From positions 1 through 36,741 of the IMG/VR virus record IMGVR_UViG_3300010234_000031: a DNA stretch of 36,741 nt; one strand, given 5' to 3'. Positions within the stretch are counted from its first letter, which is position 1, and the number at the start of each line of letters is the position of its first letter. This stretch comes from a virus (lineage: Duplodnaviria > Caudoviricetes). Shown in pieces: positions 34,406-36,741 of this stretch. The notes beneath the pieces are model-generated. The model did no database searches. It was not told where the DNA came from and worked only from the letters and a program-made list of their open reading frames with translations. A program made the position numbers and the translations under genes.

Positions 34406-35559
34406 TGAAAACCAGCCCGGCGTATATACCGGCGCTGAAATTTACCGGCCGCTACCTACTGTTATACGGAGGCGCCGGCAGTGGGAAGAGCTTCGTAACG
34501 GCACAGAAGGTAGTGCAGCGCGCGTACAGCAAGCCGGGGCACCGGATCTTGGTATGCCGGAAGGTGCGCGCAGACATAAAGGAAAGCACGTACGCGCTAC
34601 TAAAGGAAGTATGCGACATAGAGGGCATACCGTACACGGAGAACCAGACGGACCTAACGCTAGAGTTTCCGAACGGTAGCCAGATACTCCACAAAGGACT
34701 AGACAAAGAGAAGCGGCTAAAGAGTATCGCCGGCATTACGTCCATATGGATCGAAGAGGCTACGGAGCTAACGGAACAGGACTTCGACCAGCTAGACTTA
34801 CGCCTACGTGGGGCGTCCCCGGACTACCGGCAGATGGCCCTAACGTTCAACCCGGAGAACGAGCGGCACTGGCTAAAGCGTAGGTTCTTCGACAAGACCC
34901 AACAGGACGCGCTAATAGTCCATACGACATGGAGAGACAACGCGTTTACGGACGAGAGCTACGGCCGCATTCTAATGTCCAAGGGCGAAGACAGCCGGCG
35001 TGTATACGAGCGCGGAGAGTGGGGCGCTAGCTCGGTAGGCTTGATCTATCCGGAGTGGTATCCGTACGGCGTCTTCCCTACGGACACGGAGGACGTTGTA
35101 TGGGGTTTAGATTTCGGGTATGTTGACCCTACCGTATTGGTGCGCGTAACCCGCGTGTCCGAAACGGACATAGTGGCGGACCAAGTTCTGTTCCGAACAG
35201 GACTCACGAACGCCGCGCTAATCAAAGAGCTAGAAAGATTAAACGTACCGGCTTCGGACTTCATCTATGCGGACCACGAACCAGACCGAATAGAGGAGAT
35301 CTACCAGCACGGTTACAATATCCAGAGCGCCAAAAAAAGCATTCTGGACGGCATAGACGCCGTAAAGCGCTACAACCTACACGTAACTGATAGGTCCGAA
35401 GACATGAAGGCAGAGCTTTACGCGTACAAGTGGAGAACAGACCGCGAAGGGAACCCGACCGAGAAGCCCATAGACGCGTTTAATCACGCGCTAGACGCCA
35501 CCCGCTACGCCGTTAAATCACATTTCGTACAGGAAGCAACATGGCTAATCAATTCCTAG
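34405..35559 (+). CDS. terL: Terminase large subunit, PBSX family
   Basis: YGGAGSGKS Walker A, WIEEATE Walker B, LTFNP, GLDFGYVDP, NHALDATRY. Confidence 0.96.
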   Translation: MKTSPAYIPALKFTGRYLLLYGGAGSGKSFVTAQKVVQRAYSKPGHRILVCRKVRADIKESTYALLKEVCDIEGIPYTENQTDLTLEFPNGSQILHKGLDKEKRLKSIAGITSIWIEEATELTEQDFDQLDLRLRGASPDYRQMALTFNPENERHWLKRRFFDKTQQDALIVHTTWRDNAFTDESYGRILMSKGEDSRRVYERGEWGASSVGLIYPEWYPYGVFPTDTEDVVWGLDFGYVDPTVLVRVTRVSETDIVADQVLFRTGLTNAALIKELERLNVPASDFIYADHEPDRIEEIYQHGYNIQSAKKSILDGIDAVKRYNLHVTDRSEDMKAELYAYKWRTDREGNPTEKPIDAFNHALDATRYAVKSHFVQEATWLINS

Positions 35560-36741
35560 CGCTACTTCCCGGCGCGAAGACCTACGAGACGGTAACGAGC
35601 GGAGACGAGCTAGTAGACTTGATCCGGCGCAAGGCGTCCGAAGATCCGGCGCTATCGGTACAGAAGGCGTACGCCGTCGTATCGTGGGTCCGGCGTTGCG
35701 TGGTGATTCGCTCCCGTGCGCTGGCGTCTATCCCGTGGGCCGTGTACGGCTCCGGTAAAGAGCCGATCTATCAATCGGGAGCGCAAGCCATACCGCCGGC
35801 GCTAAAGTGGATGGACGGCTTCGGGCATTTGCTGGCGAAGTGGGAAGCCAGCCTAGCGCTAGAGGGCCGAGCTTTTGCGCAACAGGTACTAGAGATTCCG
35901 AGCGGCAAGCTGGCCGGCTTGCAGTATTGGTCCCCGGCCAACACGCACGTAGCGTACGCCGATGGCGGCGGCCCTATGATCGGTCTAAAGCGCGGACTAG
36001 CGCAGAAGCCGTATCCGCTGGAAGAGTGCTTCTACGTATTCGAACCAGACCCGTACATAGAATCCGGGCCGGGAGCGGCGGACGGACTATCGGCACGCGT
36101 CCACGGGGATGTATTAGATTCACTGTCTACGTTCTTGGATGGACACCTAGACCGTGGCCTACTTCGCGCTACGATTCTGTCCGTACCTAGGGGCACGCGA
36201 AAGGAGAACAGAGACGAGCTAGAGAAGTGGTGGCAGAAGGCTTTTCGGGGCAAGTGGACCGGAGACGCCAAGGTATTAGAATCCGATGCCGTAGACGTAA
36301 ACACCGTGGGCGACGGACTAAAAGACCTTGCCAACGTGGACATAACGCTAGAGCAAAGGCAAGCGATTAATGCGGCCTTTGGCGTACCGGAATCTCTTAT
36401 GCTTTCCAGCGCGGCTAATCACGCCGTAGCGGAAAAGGACGATGAACACCTATACACGAAGACCACGATACCGAGCGCCAACAATCTAGCGGAGGCAATC
36501 AATCGGCAACTGATGGCGCCGGCCGGTCTTCGGTTCGCGTGGGACTTCGGAGCCATACCGGCCATCCAGCTACAGGAAGTGCGCCGGGCGGAGAGTATCG
36601 TAAAGCTAACCGGCGGCCGTGCGGTTATCACGCAGAACGAAGGCCGGGCCATGCTAGGCAAAGAGCCGAAGGCTGGCGGAGACGAGCTACCTACGGAGAA
36701 AACCAGCACGCCGGCGCCGAAGAGCTACGACGCCACGGAAC
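35541..36741 (+). CDS. HK97-like portal protein (runs off the window end; missing from the ORF track)
   Basis: MANQFLALL...AYAVVSWVRRCV..RSRALASIPW, INAAFGVPESL, ITQNEGRAMLG; open to the last base. Confidence 0.9.
   Translation, partial: MANQFLALLPGAKTYETVTSGDELVDLIRRKASEDPALSVQKAYAVVSWVRRCVVIRSRALASIPWAVYGSGKEPIYQSGAQAIPPALKWMDGFGHLLAKWEASLALEGRAFAQQVLEIPSGKLAGLQYWSPANTHVAYADGGGPMIGLKRGLAQKPYPLEECFYVFEPDPYIESGPGAADGLSARVHGDVLDSLSTFLDGHLDRGLLRATILSVPRGTRKENRDELEKWWQKAFRGKWTGDAKVLESDAVDVNTVGDGLKDLANVDITLEQRQAINAAFGVPESLMLSSAANHAVAEKDDEHLYTKTTIPSANNLAEAINRQLMAPAGLRFAWDFGAIPAIQLQEVRRAESIVKLTGGRAVITQNEGRAMLGKEPKAGGDELPTEKTSTPAPKSYDATE

Noticed and set aside
35807-36190. 127-aa ORF in the ORF track
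   Set aside because: Alternative frame inside the portal gene, which the track missed because it lacks a stop in the window
1-36741. TAG stop-codon reassignment suggested by abundant TAG/CTAG
   Set aside because: Conserved genes are full length in code 11 and many end properly at TAG; most TAGs are out of frame

Overview
The window looks like an essentially complete, circularly permuted ~36.7 kb genome of a GC-rich siphovirus (HK97-type head, TP901-like non-contractile tail). The portal ORF runs off the right end and resumes in frame at the left end if the terminal 'AC' is merged. Gene order: portal C-terminus / MuF-like minor head protein; one reverse-strand early cassette; fused prohead protease-major capsid; head-tail and tail genes with an embedded glycosyltransferase; tape measure; ~12.6 kb of early, recombination and replication genes driven by repeated sigma70-type promoters; a lysis cassette headed by a membrane-anchored PAS-domain protein; tail-tip and fibre genes; terS, terL, portal. 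I saw no integrase, DNA polymerase, tRNA or CRISPR array. Most notable signals: (1) a TM-PAS sensor-like gene in the lysis cassette; (2) an early gene with a twin-arginine signal fused to a tail-tube-like domain; (3) a second, intergenic copy of the iteron/purine-tract origin found inside the replication initiator; (4) a probable -1 frameshift fusing portal to MuF; (5) seven dispersed promoter/operator cassettes and a candidate small RNA complementary to their leaders. All protein family calls come from motif recognition by eye, not from database searches.
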